Source of the DNA: a virus
Direction: 5' to 3' (one strand)
IMG/VR virus record: IMGVR_UViG_3300019776_000961
Span: 129,221 to 193,220 of that record
Length of the DNA stretch: 64,000 nt
Shown: positions 29,037 through 38,932 of the stretch, piece by piece
Layout of the letters: each line of letters begins with the position of its first letter
Position numbering within the stretch: the first letter of the stretch is position 1
Program-made: the position numbers and the translations under genes
The notes under the pieces: model-generated
What the model saw: the letters and a program-made list of their open reading frames with translations, nothing else
The model's database searches: none
Told to the model about the DNA's origin: nothing

Positions 29037-30818
29037 ATGGCTGATTCAACAAACCCGGATAGAGAGAGTACATTTGGTCGTAGTTTGATGAGATATATCT
29101 CGTCTAAACTCCCGTATCAATCTCTTAGCGTACAGGACAGGATTGAGCAGCTAAACCCTAAATACGATACATTTTTTGATAAAGGTACTCATAGAGATGA
29201 AGCACTAATAAGACAGTCCATCTCATCATCATTTCAAACAACTGATGATCTTTATGCAAATGTAATTCAAAACAAGGATTACCATAATTTCATGTATGCC
29301 AATATCCAGCCGGATAAAGGCAAGAGATTAATGGATTATCGTGTTATGGCAGCTTTCTCCGAAGTTGCTGACGCATTAGATGAGATATGTGATGAATTTA
29401 TTAATAAGGACGAAAACGGAGAAATTATTAAACTTCGTTTTGTAGAATCTGAATTATCAGAGGAGCAAAAAACAAAAGTTAAGAAAGAATTTAGAAAGTA
29501 TGTAAATTTCTTTGATCTCGAACATAACGGATGGGAGTACATTAGACAGCTTCTTGTTGACGCTGAGCTTTACTTTGAACATATCATACATAAGAAGCAT
29601 CCGAAGGAAGGTATTCTCGGTGTCGTAATGGTGCCATCCGATGTTATTGATCCAATTTTAGAAAATGTACAGAACATGGTCGTAAAAGGTTATCTACTAA
29701 GAAAGCCAATTTATGATGCAAAGAACCCTGGTAAGGTCGCAAAAGTAGAGATGATACCTATGGACGTAAATCAAATTACGTACATTAATTCAGGTATTTG
29801 GAACGAATCAAAAACTTTACGTTTACCGTTTATTGAAAATGCAAGACGTGCTTATCGTCAGTTGAGTCTTATTGAAGACGCTATCGTCATTTATCGATTA
29901 GTGCGTGCGCCAGAGCGTCTCGTCTTTAACGTCGATGTAGGTACAATGGCACCTGCAAAAGCTGAAGCGTATTTACGTAAGCTCATGACCAATTACTGGT
30001 CAAAGCGTACTTACGATGCTAATCAAGGTGCTACTGTTCAGAAGTTCAATCCTCAGTCCATGCTTGATAGTTTTTGGTTTGCAAAGCGTCAAGGATCAGA
30101 AGGTACATCTGTTACTCAATTACAAGGTGGAGCTAACTTAGGTGAGTTGACTGACTTAATGTACTTTGTAAAGAAGCTCTACAAGTCACTCAAAGTACCT
30201 GCGTCTCGTCTTAACCCTGAAGAACAGTTTAAAGACGGTATGGATATTCTTCGTGAAGAGTTAAAGTTTGCTCGCTTCATTATAAGACAGCAGCAGCGTT
30301 TTGCAGAAGGTCTGAAGAATGGATTTGTAACTCATTTAAAACTTCGTGGCATCTGGGAAGAGCTAAAGCTTCGCGAGACACATCTCGATTTACATTTCAA
30401 CCCACCGACAAACTTTTACGAACTACGCGAGCAGCAAAAGCTACAGCTCAAAGTTGAAAGCTTCAATGGCATTACACAGAGTGACTTTGTATCAAAGACA
30501 TACGCACAGAAACGCTACCTCGGATGGTCTGATTCTGACGTTATGGCTAATAGAGAGTTCCTTAGAAAGGATCGTGAACTTATGTGGGAGCTTGATCAGA
30601 TTACTAACGGTGGACCCAATTGGGATGAAATGGGTACAGCAGCTCCAGGTCAGGCACCAGCAGGTGGCGGAGGCATTGGCGGTGCGCCATCTGAAACACC
30701 ACCGGCGTTTGGGCCTGCACCAACTGGCGGTGAAGCTCCAGAAGCTGGTGCACCAGAAGCAGCTCCTGCAGAAGCACCGCCGGCATCAGCACCAGCCGCT
30801 GGAACACCAACCGCTTAA
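29037..30818 (+). CDS. gp20: Portal protein
   Basis: VADALDEICDE, LIEDAIVIYRLVRAPERLVFNVDVG, FWFAKR.G..GT.VT.L.GG, LREELKFARFI. Confidence 0.95.
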   Translation: MADSTNPDRESTFGRSLMRYISSKLPYQSLSVQDRIEQLNPKYDTFFDKGTHRDEALIRQSISSSFQTTDDLYANVIQNKDYHNFMYANIQPDKGKRLMDYRVMAAFSEVADALDEICDEFINKDENGEIIKLRFVESELSEEQKTKVKKEFRKYVNFFDLEHNGWEYIRQLLVDAELYFEHIIHKKHPKEGILGVVMVPSDVIDPILENVQNMVVKGYLLRKPIYDAKNPGKVAKVEMIPMDVNQITYINSGIWNESKTLRLPFIENARRAYRQLSLIEDAIVIYRLVRAPERLVFNVDVGTMAPAKAEAYLRKLMTNYWSKRTYDANQGATVQKFNPQSMLDSFWFAKRQGSEGTSVTQLQGGANLGELTDLMYFVKKLYKSLKVPASRLNPEEQFKDGMDILREELKFARFIIRQQQRFAEGLKNGFVTHLKLRGIWEELKLRETHLDLHFNPPTNFYELREQQKLQLKVESFNGITQSDFVSKTYAQKRYLGWSDSDVMANREFLRKDRELMWELDQITNGGPNWDEMGTAAPGQAPAGGGGIGGAPSETPPAFGPAPTGGEAPEAGAPEAAPAEAPPASAPAAGTPTA

Positions 30819-30824
30819 TAATAT

Positions 30825-31907
30825 ATGATGGACTGTACAGCAATTACACCTATAACCGCTTTTCAGAGCACAAACTTAAGCTCTAAAATCGATACATTTA
30901 CACGACTTGGTCAGCGTATTACACGCTCACTAGGTGCACCAATGGTGAATGTCGAAATACACTCTGACCAGCTTTACGAGAACATTTCACAAGCTTGTGA
31001 ACTATTTACAAAATATGCCGGGCAAACAGAAGAGTATATTGTCTTTAACTCTGATATCTATATTGATAATGTTGGTGTAAGACTGGATCAGTTATTCAGT
31101 GTTACACCTTACTTTAATAAGACAAACACAGTTTCAAAAACAGTCTATGTCGCTACATCAGCGATTCCTGGTGCGTACTTCGCTAACTCCAATCAACTTT
31201 CTGCTACATACATTAATGGTATTTTTGTAAATCAAATTCTAACTACAACAGATTACCTTAGTGTTATCAACTTTAATAGTGCAGCTGCATATACGTTTGC
31301 ACCATCAGATGCCGATCAAACACAACGCGTTAATAGCTTCGACTATGACATCATGGATTATCGTAAGGTTGTCGATATCTTTAATTTTGAAGAAGGTACA
31401 AGTGATGGTGTCAACACACTCTTTACTATCGAACAGACACTAGCGCAGCAAACATATTTTAGTTATGCGATGGGTAACTATGGTTTCGATCTTATCAGTT
31501 GGTACACATTGAAAAATTGGCTTGAAGTACGTGAGAAAATGTTAGCTATTCGCCGTTACTTTACATTTGATCCACGTACACAAAATCTCGTACTTTATCC
31601 ACCACCACGTACACCTGGATCAGGTAGTCATTTCTGGGGCATACTTGCATGTCACGTAGAAAGACCGCTACGTGATATTATCAAGGAGCCTTGGGTATAT
31701 CAATACGCTCTCGCTCTTTCAAAGATTACAGTAGGTAATGTACGCGGTAAATACAACAACACCCAGATGTTTGGCGGTGGTTCTATCAACGGCGGTGATC
31801 TATTACAACAAGGCCTTGCTGAAAAGCAAGCATTAGAAGATAAGTTGTTTACCGGAGCTTCACCCGGCTTTGGTGATGCTGATCCGCCACAATTCTTCAT
31901 TGGATAA
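30825..31907 (+). CDS. gp13: Neck protein gp13-like
   Basis: RSLGAPMVNVEI, WVYQYALAL.K, RGKY, FGGGSING, PPQFFIG. Confidence 0.85.
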   Translation: MMDCTAITPITAFQSTNLSSKIDTFTRLGQRITRSLGAPMVNVEIHSDQLYENISQACELFTKYAGQTEEYIVFNSDIYIDNVGVRLDQLFSVTPYFNKTNTVSKTVYVATSAIPGAYFANSNQLSATYINGIFVNQILTTTDYLSVINFNSAAAYTFAPSDADQTQRVNSFDYDIMDYRKVVDIFNFEEGTSDGVNTLFTIEQTLAQQTYFSYAMGNYGFDLISWYTLKNWLEVREKMLAIRRYFTFDPRTQNLVLYPPPRTPGSGSHFWGILACHVERPLRDIIKEPWVYQYALALSKITVGNVRGKYNNTQMFGGGSINGGDLLQQGLAEKQALEDKLFTGASPGFGDADPPQFFIG

Positions 31908-31934
31908 CAAAGAACTACACTCATAAATTATAGT

Positions 31935-33356
31935 ATGATTTATGAGGCTTTATATAAGCTGTATATAACTACCGCTCTTAAAAATGGTATAACAGATATC
32001 ATTAGTTACGAAGATTTTAAAAAAACTACCGCTGAGGTATATGAATTAACATATAAAAAATATTACCCTGATTTAGATTTAGAAAAATCGAACGTTGCTG
32101 ATTTTGAAGGTAAGACTGACGCAGAGACAATAATTCAGTACGTTGTAAGCCATCACTGTAATAAACTAAAAAAAGATAATAGCTTCTGCAGACCTCATAA
32201 GGAACAAATTGCACGTAAGCCATATTTTGCTGGAAAAAGATATGCGTGCATTGCTCCATACCGTACGCTGAGATTTGAATTTAACGGTAATATGACTGTT
32301 TGTTGTGCTAACAAATATCACGTTATCGGTACGTATCCAGAAAACTCACCAAAGGAAGCGTGGGAAGGCAATCAACTAGCAATGTTAAGACGAGCAGTTG
32401 CAAACTATGATTTTCATCTTGGTTGCCAGACATGCATGCATCAAATTTTAATTGGTAACGAAATGAATACGATGATGGAGGCTGCAAATAGCCAAGATGA
32501 GTTGCTTAATAGTAAGAAGGCATGCGTTCAAAGTGAAAAGAAGTATCCTGCAGAATTAACTTTTCAATTACAAAATAATTGTAACTATGAGTGTATAATG
32601 TGTTCAGGTGAGTACTCGTCATCAATATGTAAAAACAGAGATGGCAAGTTACCGCCACCTAGCGTGTATGATGACACATATATCGAGAAAATTACACCGT
32701 TTCTACAACATGCTGAAAGTTGTAATTTTCTAGGCGGTGAACCTTTCTTAATACCCATTTATTATAAAATGTGGGATATTATTCGTGATATAAATCCAAA
32801 TTGTGCTGTTAATATTACATCCAACGGCTCTATCTATACTAAGAGAATTGAAGATATGCTTTCAAATCTACCTAATGCAAGAATTATTATTTCACTCGAT
32901 TCTTTAGTACCAGAAACATATGCGTATATAAGACGTAGAGGTGATCTTAATGTAGTGTTGAATAATATTGAAAAGTTTCTGGCTACAAAAAAACTCACCT
33001 CCCTTGCAGTCTGCCCTATAATACAAAATGTTTATGAGATACCTAATTTTGTAAAGTTTTGTGCTAAAAGAAATATTAATATTTGGTTTAATAATGTTAC
33101 CGACATTATTAGTGATAATGATACCTATCATTATAAAGACCTTTACGAAAACGGTATAGCGGAAAATACTAATAAGGTAGTATATAACGAGGACCGTATT
33201 AATGAATTTAGGTTATGGACACTACCGCAAAAAGAAAAAATTAAAATCAAAAACGAATTATGTAGTCATTCGTATCCTCTTGAGTATCAAACAAAGGTTA
33301 CGAGTTTTATAAACTTTTTATTAAATTATTCACGTGATACCGCTCCAAAAGAATAG
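31935..33356 (+). CDS. Radical SAM protein with N-terminal SPASM/twitch-like Cys domain
   Basis: CIAPY...GNMTVCC...CQTC; NNCNYECIMC (CxxxCxxC); FLGGEPF; ITSNGS; ISLDS. Confidence 0.85.
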   Translation: MIYEALYKLYITTALKNGITDIISYEDFKKTTAEVYELTYKKYYPDLDLEKSNVADFEGKTDAETIIQYVVSHHCNKLKKDNSFCRPHKEQIARKPYFAGKRYACIAPYRTLRFEFNGNMTVCCANKYHVIGTYPENSPKEAWEGNQLAMLRRAVANYDFHLGCQTCMHQILIGNEMNTMMEAANSQDELLNSKKACVQSEKKYPAELTFQLQNNCNYECIMCSGEYSSSICKNRDGKLPPPSVYDDTYIEKITPFLQHAESCNFLGGEPFLIPIYYKMWDIIRDINPNCAVNITSNGSIYTKRIEDMLSNLPNARIIISLDSLVPETYAYIRRRGDLNVVLNNIEKFLATKKLTSLAVCPIIQNVYEIPNFVKFCAKRNINIWFNNVTDIISDNDTYHYKDLYENGIAENTNKVVYNEDRINEFRLWTLPQKEKIKIKNELCSHSYPLEYQTKVTSFINFLLNYSRDTAPKE

Positions 33357-33792
33357 TAAATTTAGACAAGGCGTTTATAAGCCTAAGAACCTTAGCAAGT
33401 ATATAGGAAAGGAGAACCCTGTGTATAGGTCAGGTTGGGAGTTAAAATTTTTCCGCTGGTGTGATGATAATACTAATGTTATAGAGTGGGCGAGTGAAAG
33501 TATAATCATACCATATGTCAGTCCATTAGATGGTAAGGTGCATAGATATTATACAGATGGTGTAGTAGCTCTTAGAGAAGGAGATACAGTAACTAAGTAT
33601 ATTATAGAGATAAAGCCGAGCTCACAAGTATTACCGCCAAAACCTGGTAATAAACGCAAATCAACAGTAATTTATGAAAATAGCAGATGGATACAGAATC
33701 AAGCCAAGTGGGCTGCGGCAAGAGAATGGTGTAAGAAGAAAAATTACAGCTTTAAAATCTTGACAGAAACAGAGCTCGGCTTAAATAAATAA
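33334..33792 (+). CDS. gp4: Head completion nuclease gp4 (TnsA-like)
   Basis: YKPKN..KYIG, YRSGWE, WASE, HRYYTD, IEIKP, NQAKWAAA..WC. Confidence 0.92.
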   Translation: MIPLQKNSKFRQGVYKPKNLSKYIGKENPVYRSGWELKFFRWCDDNTNVIEWASESIIIPYVSPLDGKVHRYYTDGVVALREGDTVTKYIIEIKPSSQVLPPKPGNKRKSTVIYENSRWIQNQAKWAAAREWCKKKNYSFKILTETELGLNK

Positions 33793-33815
33793 CATCTTAA
33801 ACAATAAATATTTTT

Positions 33816-34475
33816 ATGTCATTACGCCTACTTGTAGAAACGCCCTCATTAGATCAATTCGAATACATTGAGGAGCAAAAGAATGTAAAAGGACCATCGA
33901 CTCTCAAAATTCGTGGCGTGTATATGGAGTCAGAATCTGTAAACAAGAATCAACGTATCTATACAGAAGGTGATATGCGCCGTGAAGTTGACCGTTATAT
34001 TAACGAAATGGTTAGACCAAAGCGTGCCCTTGGTGAATTAAATCACCCTGCCTCCGCGGAAGTAGATCTTGAAAGAGCATGTCACATGGTAACCGATCTA
34101 CACTGGGAAGGTAAGACAGTAGTTGGAGAATCAGTTGTTCTCTCCTCACCTACAGGTCAAATTGTTCGATCACTCATTAATGACGGTGTTAAGGTTGGTA
34201 TGTCAAGTCGCGCCCTTGGTCAACTTTCAGAAGAGGGTCACGGCATTAACCGCGTTAATGAGATGCGTCTTATCGCAGTTGACTGTGTTGCTGATCCATC
34301 TTGTCCTAAAGCTTTTGTAAACGGTATTCTTGAAAGTAAGCAATTCGTCATTAACTCTGACGGTCGACTTGAAGAATACTACGACAGATTTGAAAACGCT
34401 CTCAAGAAGCTACCTCGCAATGATGTACAAGCATATCTTAAGGAGCAAGTAATGGCCTTCCTAAGTAAGCTTTAA
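33816..34475 (+). CDS. gp21: Prohead core protease
   Basis: NKNQRIY, ALGELNHP, GVKVGMSSRALG, DCVADPS.P.AFV.GILE. Confidence 0.95.
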   Translation: MSLRLLVETPSLDQFEYIEEQKNVKGPSTLKIRGVYMESESVNKNQRIYTEGDMRREVDRYINEMVRPKRALGELNHPASAEVDLERACHMVTDLHWEGKTVVGESVVLSSPTGQIVRSLINDGVKVGMSSRALGQLSEEGHGINRVNEMRLIAVDCVADPSCPKAFVNGILESKQFVINSDGRLEEYYDRFENALKKLPRNDVQAYLKEQVMAFLSKL

Positions 34476-34479
34476 TTGT

Positions 34480-35811
34480 ATGTCAAAAAAAGCAGTAAAT
34501 GAACAAATGAGTCTTGTACCGCCAATCGGCGGTGTGGGTACTGCTATTACTCCTACACAAAGTAGTACACTAGGTGTTGGTACAAAAAAATCACAAACCG
34601 CTGCTATTACACAAAATCTTGTAAAACAAATTAATGCAGTCTCTGCAGCTAGGAAAGTTAATCAACAGCAGTTACTTCAGCTTGTTAACCAGCTTAAGCA
34701 ATCCATCGCTCAGGATGAATCAAACGAGGAAACATCAAAGCGCAAACTTACAAAAGAAGGCATTAAGCCGAGTACAATTGGTACGATTGGAGGCAGTATC
34801 ATCGGCGGCGTAGCTGGTGGTGCGGCAGGAGCATTTGGTGGACCTGTGGGTATATTTGCAGGCAGAGCTGCAGGAGCAGGAATTGGAGGTGAAATCGGTA
34901 AACAGATTGCTAATAAAATTGCACCCGATAAAAACGGTGAAGATGATGAAGAAAAATCTAAGAAAAACAAGCGCCGTAAACTAAATAATAAAAAAGACAC
35001 TCTTATGGCTAACAAGAATTCAAAAAGCAACGTACAAGAAGGTACAATAGGCAGACTTGCAGGAAGTGCATTAGGTGGCGCAGGTGGCACTGTACTCGGC
35101 GGATTAGCGGGTACAGTAGTTGGCGGTCCCATTGGAGGTATTATTGGTTCTACTCTTGGCGGCGCGGCTGGTAGTCTTAAGGGTGCTCAGATCGCTGGCG
35201 GTGGTACAGGTATTAGCCCTGAGCAAAATGAACAGACATCTAAGCAAGGTCATTCTGTACACGCCCTTTTACAAAACGGATTTCGCGTTACTCATACAAA
35301 GCATGAAGATCATGGTGATGTAGTTGTTCTTACAAAAAAGACCGATAAGCACACAACAAGAACAGCGGAAGTGGAGCCTGATGGTTCTGTTTCTGGTGGC
35401 TCGCTTGATAGCTTCCTTGGCCACGATCAAGATGAAAATACTCTTGGTAGGACATTAGGTAAAGCTGCAGGCGCTGGTCTTGGTTCTGCCGCAGGACGAG
35501 TAGCAGGCGGTGCACTAGGACGTACAGCTGGTCTCCTTGGTGGTCCACTCGCTCCAATAACAGTACCGCTTGGTGGAGCTATTGGTTCAGCTATAGGTGG
35601 AATGGGCGGTGCAAAAGCAGGCTGGAAGACCACAGGCGCTGTTCAAAAGAAAGCCGGTGAAATTGGCAAGAAGCTCATGCATAAAGAAGCAGTAACTACA
35701 ACAAACTTTTTAAAGGCGATTTCACAGAAAAATTACGCCCAGGCCGATAAATACTTAGGAAGTCTCGTTAATGAGAAACTAAAGCGTATTATTAACAAGG
35801 CCTCAAAATAA
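34480..35811 (+). CDS. Gly/Ala-rich protein with three glycine-zipper modules (possible core polyprotein)
   Basis: Repeated GxxxG segments separated by acidic (NEE/DEE/NEQ) and basic linkers; lies between gp21 and gp22. Confidence 0.7.
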   Translation: MSKKAVNEQMSLVPPIGGVGTAITPTQSSTLGVGTKKSQTAAITQNLVKQINAVSAARKVNQQQLLQLVNQLKQSIAQDESNEETSKRKLTKEGIKPSTIGTIGGSIIGGVAGGAAGAFGGPVGIFAGRAAGAGIGGEIGKQIANKIAPDKNGEDDEEKSKKNKRRKLNNKKDTLMANKNSKSNVQEGTIGRLAGSALGGAGGTVLGGLAGTVVGGPIGGIIGSTLGGAAGSLKGAQIAGGGTGISPEQNEQTSKQGHSVHALLQNGFRVTHTKHEDHGDVVVLTKKTDKHTTRTAEVEPDGSVSGGSLDSFLGHDQDENTLGRTLGKAAGAGLGSAAGRVAGGALGRTAGLLGGPLAPITVPLGGAIGSAIGGMGGAKAGWKTTGAVQKKAGEIGKKLMHKEAVTTTNFLKAISQKNYAQADKYLGSLVNEKLKRIINKASK

Positions 35812-35819
35812 ACACTTTT

Positions 35820-36704
35820 ATGGAAAAAAACATCTCTCAAGTTCTTAAAGAAGCAACAAAAGACATCCTCACAGAGGACGTGCTTCAGGAAATCGAAGCT
35901 GCATTTAATTCTGCAGTAGAACAAAAAACACTCATTCACGTTGAGAAGGCTCTTAACGAACAGGATGAAGATTATGCCAAGAAGCTTGAGACATTAATCG
36001 AAGCAATTGATAGCGATCACACAAACAAGCTTAAGGCTGTTGTTGAAGCTCTTGATGCAGACCGCGCTGCTAAGCTACAGGCTGTAATCGAGAAGTATGA
36101 ATCCGCTCTTGTTTCCGAAGCCAGTGATTTTAAAGGTACCCTAGTTGATCAAATCAGCAATTACCTTGACCTATATCTTGAAGAAAAACTTCCTTTTGCT
36201 GAAGTGCAAGAAGCAGTCAACAACAAGAGAGCAAATGCAGTTCTTAATGAGATCCGCAATATGCTTTCCGTTGATATGGCCCTTGCAAAGGACAGCATTA
36301 AGGATGCCATCGTTGATGGTAAGTCAAGACTTGATGAAGCTGCAACCCAGCTTGAAGCTGCTACTAAGCAGATTAACGAACTAAAGAGTAGAGTAACTCG
36401 TGCAGAGTCAGAACTCATCCTCGAGAAGAAGCTTTCTTCACTCGAAGACGAAGAGAAGACATACATGAGAAAAATGCTCAACGGCAAATCAGCCAAGTTC
36501 GTTGTTGAAAATTTCGATTACACACTCGGTCTTTTCAACAAATCTGAAGAAGAGCGGCTCAACAACCTCAAGACAGAGGCTATTACAGAAGCAGTTGCTT
36601 CTAAGGTCGATCGCCCAGTGATCGAAGAGTCTGTCGAAGAGGAGGTTGCTGGTGATTCAAATCCTTCATTTAATCTTTACCTTTCTGAGTTAAAGAAATA
36701 CTAA
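35820..36704 (+). CDS. gp22: Prohead core scaffold
   Basis: Acidic coiled-coil; IEAAFNSAVE..., LDLYLEE, ends YLSELKKY; directly before gp23. Confidence 0.85.
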   Translation: MEKNISQVLKEATKDILTEDVLQEIEAAFNSAVEQKTLIHVEKALNEQDEDYAKKLETLIEAIDSDHTNKLKAVVEALDADRAAKLQAVIEKYESALVSEASDFKGTLVDQISNYLDLYLEEKLPFAEVQEAVNNKRANAVLNEIRNMLSVDMALAKDSIKDAIVDGKSRLDEAATQLEAATKQINELKSRVTRAESELILEKKLSSLEDEEKTYMRKMLNGKSAKFVVENFDYTLGLFNKSEEERLNNLKTEAITEAVASKVDRPVIEESVEEEVAGDSNPSFNLYLSELKKY

Positions 36705-36782
36705 TTTGTATTTGAGGTATTACCTGAATAGAGGTACCACGTTGGTACCATGGTCGACAAATCGAAAGAAATTAAATTAACT

Positions 36783-38273
36783 ATGTCAAGCATTCGTCCT
36801 TCTCAGTCTTACATCGATGAGAATCGCGCTAAGCTTCTTGTTGAAAAGTGGGCTCCAGTATTGGATTACACTTCAAACAATGTAGCGGCGATCGAAGATG
36901 ATCACACACGTCTTAACACAGCTATTCTTCTTGAAAACCAAGAAAAGTACTGTTTTGAGTCTGCCAACCAATCCGGTGGCACAGGTGGCGTGTTCAACAC
37001 AGGCAGCATCAATAACGGTGCATACGGCAATCAGTTCCCATCACAGAACGATAACGCCTATGCTCCTGGTGACGCCCGTCTTCCAAAGATCCTCATCCCG
37101 ATGATTAGACGTACATTCCCTGAGCTTATCACTAACGAAATCGTTGGTGTTCAGCCAATGAGTGGTCCAGTTGGTCTTGCTTTTGCACTCCGTTATAAGT
37201 ACGAAGGCTCACTCCTTGGTGCAACCAATGGCAATGGATCCGATGGATCCCTCAACGCTGGTTCAACAACAAGTTACAGTGCAGCTGCTTCTGGCGCTGA
37301 ACTCGGGTATCAATATCTTGATACACGTTTCACAGGTGCTTCTTCACAGGCTCTTTCTGGTGCTCCGGGATACTTCCCGATGGAGCCTCAGGATCAGGGT
37401 GTTGCAGCTCTCCTTAGCCAGTTCGAACTATCCAGTCAGATTCCTCAGATCGTTGTCTCCTTCGAGAAGACCGCAGTTGAAGCCGGCACACGCCGTCTCG
37501 CAGCTCGTTGGTCCGTCGAACTCGAGCAGGATCTTAAGAACATGAACGGTATCGATATCGATACTGAGCTCACAAACGCTATGTCGTATGAGCTTCAGGC
37601 CGAAATCGACCGTGAAATGATCATCCGTATGGTACAGACAGCCCTTAACACAGGTTATGGTTCTGGCTTCTCCGTATGGTCACCTGCTTCGGCAGATGGT
37701 CGCTGGTTGGTAGAGCGTAATCGTGACTTCTATCAGAGACTCATCGTTGAGGCTAATCGTATTGCTGTACGTAACCGTCGTGGTGCTGCTAACTTCATTG
37801 TAGCAACTCCTCGCGTTTGCGCAATCCTTGAAATGCTCCCTGAATTCCAGTGGGTACCTGTTCAAGGTAACGTCAATACTCAGCCCGTCGGTGTTGCAAA
37901 GGTAGGTTCACTCGCTGGTCGCTTCAATGTATACCGTGATACACGTACAGAGGCACAATACGAAGCATCCTTCGGCAATAACCTTGCCGGTGCACGCTTC
38001 CCAAGTGGCGCTACACGCTCCGCTCGCCTCGATTACGCACTTCTCGGCTACAAGGGCCCTGAGTTCTACGACACTGGTATCATCTACTGTCCTTACATTC
38101 CTGTAATGGTTCAGCGTACCATTGGTCCTAACGATTTCTCACCTCGTGTTGGTCTATTAACCCGTTACGGCGTTGTAGATAACATCTTCGGTGCAAATCT
38201 TTATTACCACGTCATCATCCTTCAGGGTCTTGGTGCAGCGTTCACACCTGCTACTCAGTCTGTATACTTCTAA
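36783..38273 (+). CDS. gp23: Major capsid protein
   Basis: LVEKWAPVL, TAILLENQ, LIPMIRRTFP.L...EIVGVQPMSGPVGL.FALR, AELSNAMSYE-like segment, YCPYIP, TRYG. Start taken at MSSIRP; 36750 is an alternative. Confidence 0.96.
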   Translation: MSSIRPSQSYIDENRAKLLVEKWAPVLDYTSNNVAAIEDDHTRLNTAILLENQEKYCFESANQSGGTGGVFNTGSINNGAYGNQFPSQNDNAYAPGDARLPKILIPMIRRTFPELITNEIVGVQPMSGPVGLAFALRYKYEGSLLGATNGNGSDGSLNAGSTTSYSAAASGAELGYQYLDTRFTGASSQALSGAPGYFPMEPQDQGVAALLSQFELSSQIPQIVVSFEKTAVEAGTRRLAARWSVELEQDLKNMNGIDIDTELTNAMSYELQAEIDREMIIRMVQTALNTGYGSGFSVWSPASADGRWLVERNRDFYQRLIVEANRIAVRNRRGAANFIVATPRVCAILEMLPEFQWVPVQGNVNTQPVGVAKVGSLAGRFNVYRDTRTEAQYEASFGNNLAGARFPSGATRSARLDYALLGYKGPEFYDTGIIYCPYIPVMVQRTIGPNDFSPRVGLLTRYGVVDNIFGANLYYHVIILQGLGAAFTPATQSVYF

Positions 38274-38306
38274 GAGGTATAATCGGAGATCGAAAGATCA
38301 CAAAAG

Positions 38307-38340
38307 AAAACCCGGTCGAAAGGCCGGGTTTTCCCTTTTT
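38307..38340 (+). terminator. Rho-independent terminator after gp23
   Basis: AAAACCCGGTC-GAAA-GGCCGGGTTTT followed by CCCTTTTT. Confidence 0.85.
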
Positions 38341-38382
38341 AAAGTGAAATATTTTGTCAGTAGAGAATAAATATTTGTACAT

Positions 38383-38862
38383 ATGGCTTACGAAACACTT
38401 TTAAACGTCACAGCACAACTCTCCGCTGTTAACGCATATTCTATTAATACAAGCAGTTTAGCTGCAACTCTCACATTTAATATCAGTGGCACGACACTTG
38501 GTGCATCCCAAAATGATGAAGCTGCAAAGCTCACACTTTCCCTTGGTCGTGTAGGTCCATTAAGTGCTGCAACACTCAGTGCAACAACTGTTGCATTTAC
38601 ATTGAGTTCAGCAACAGCTGGTAATAATGATAATTTCGCAGCTGGTGTTGTTACATCAAGTCAGTTTGCTACTAACAGTGCTATCTTCACTGTAGCATTC
38701 CCAGCATCAAGAGATCTTCTCACAACAACATTGAGCTTCTCCGCCAATGCATCAACAATCGTTGTAACAAGCGGTGTGATCGACAATTTCTTCTATCTTA
38801 ACGATCTGCAGAAAGTTCGTACAACAGCTGGTCATTCGAGACTTGTCAGTTATCTCGGTTAA
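38383..38862 (+). CDS. Putative virion (decoration-type) protein
   Basis: Late promoter 9 nt upstream; S/T/A-rich beta composition; follows gp23. Confidence 0.6.
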   Translation: MAYETLLNVTAQLSAVNAYSINTSSLAATLTFNISGTTLGASQNDEAAKLTLSLGRVGPLSAATLSATTVAFTLSSATAGNNDNFAAGVVTSSQFATNSAIFTVAFPASRDLLTTTLSFSANASTIVVTSGVIDNFFYLNDLQKVRTTAGHSRLVSYLG

Positions 38863-38881
38863 TCGTAATACATATAGAAAT

Positions 38882-38913
38882 AAAAAAAGAGGAGACTTTC
38901 GTCTCCTCTTTTT
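38882..38913. terminator. Bidirectional terminator between convergent genes
   Basis: AAAAAGAGGAGAC-TTTC-GTCTCCTCTTTTT. Confidence 0.85.
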
Positions 38914-38932
38914 GTTTATATGTCAGTACCGA

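Noticed and set aside
30604-30818. Pro/Ala/Gly-rich portal C-terminus as a separate repeat element
   Set aside because: It is an in-frame low-complexity tail of the kind common on T4-like portals, with no discrete repeat unit.
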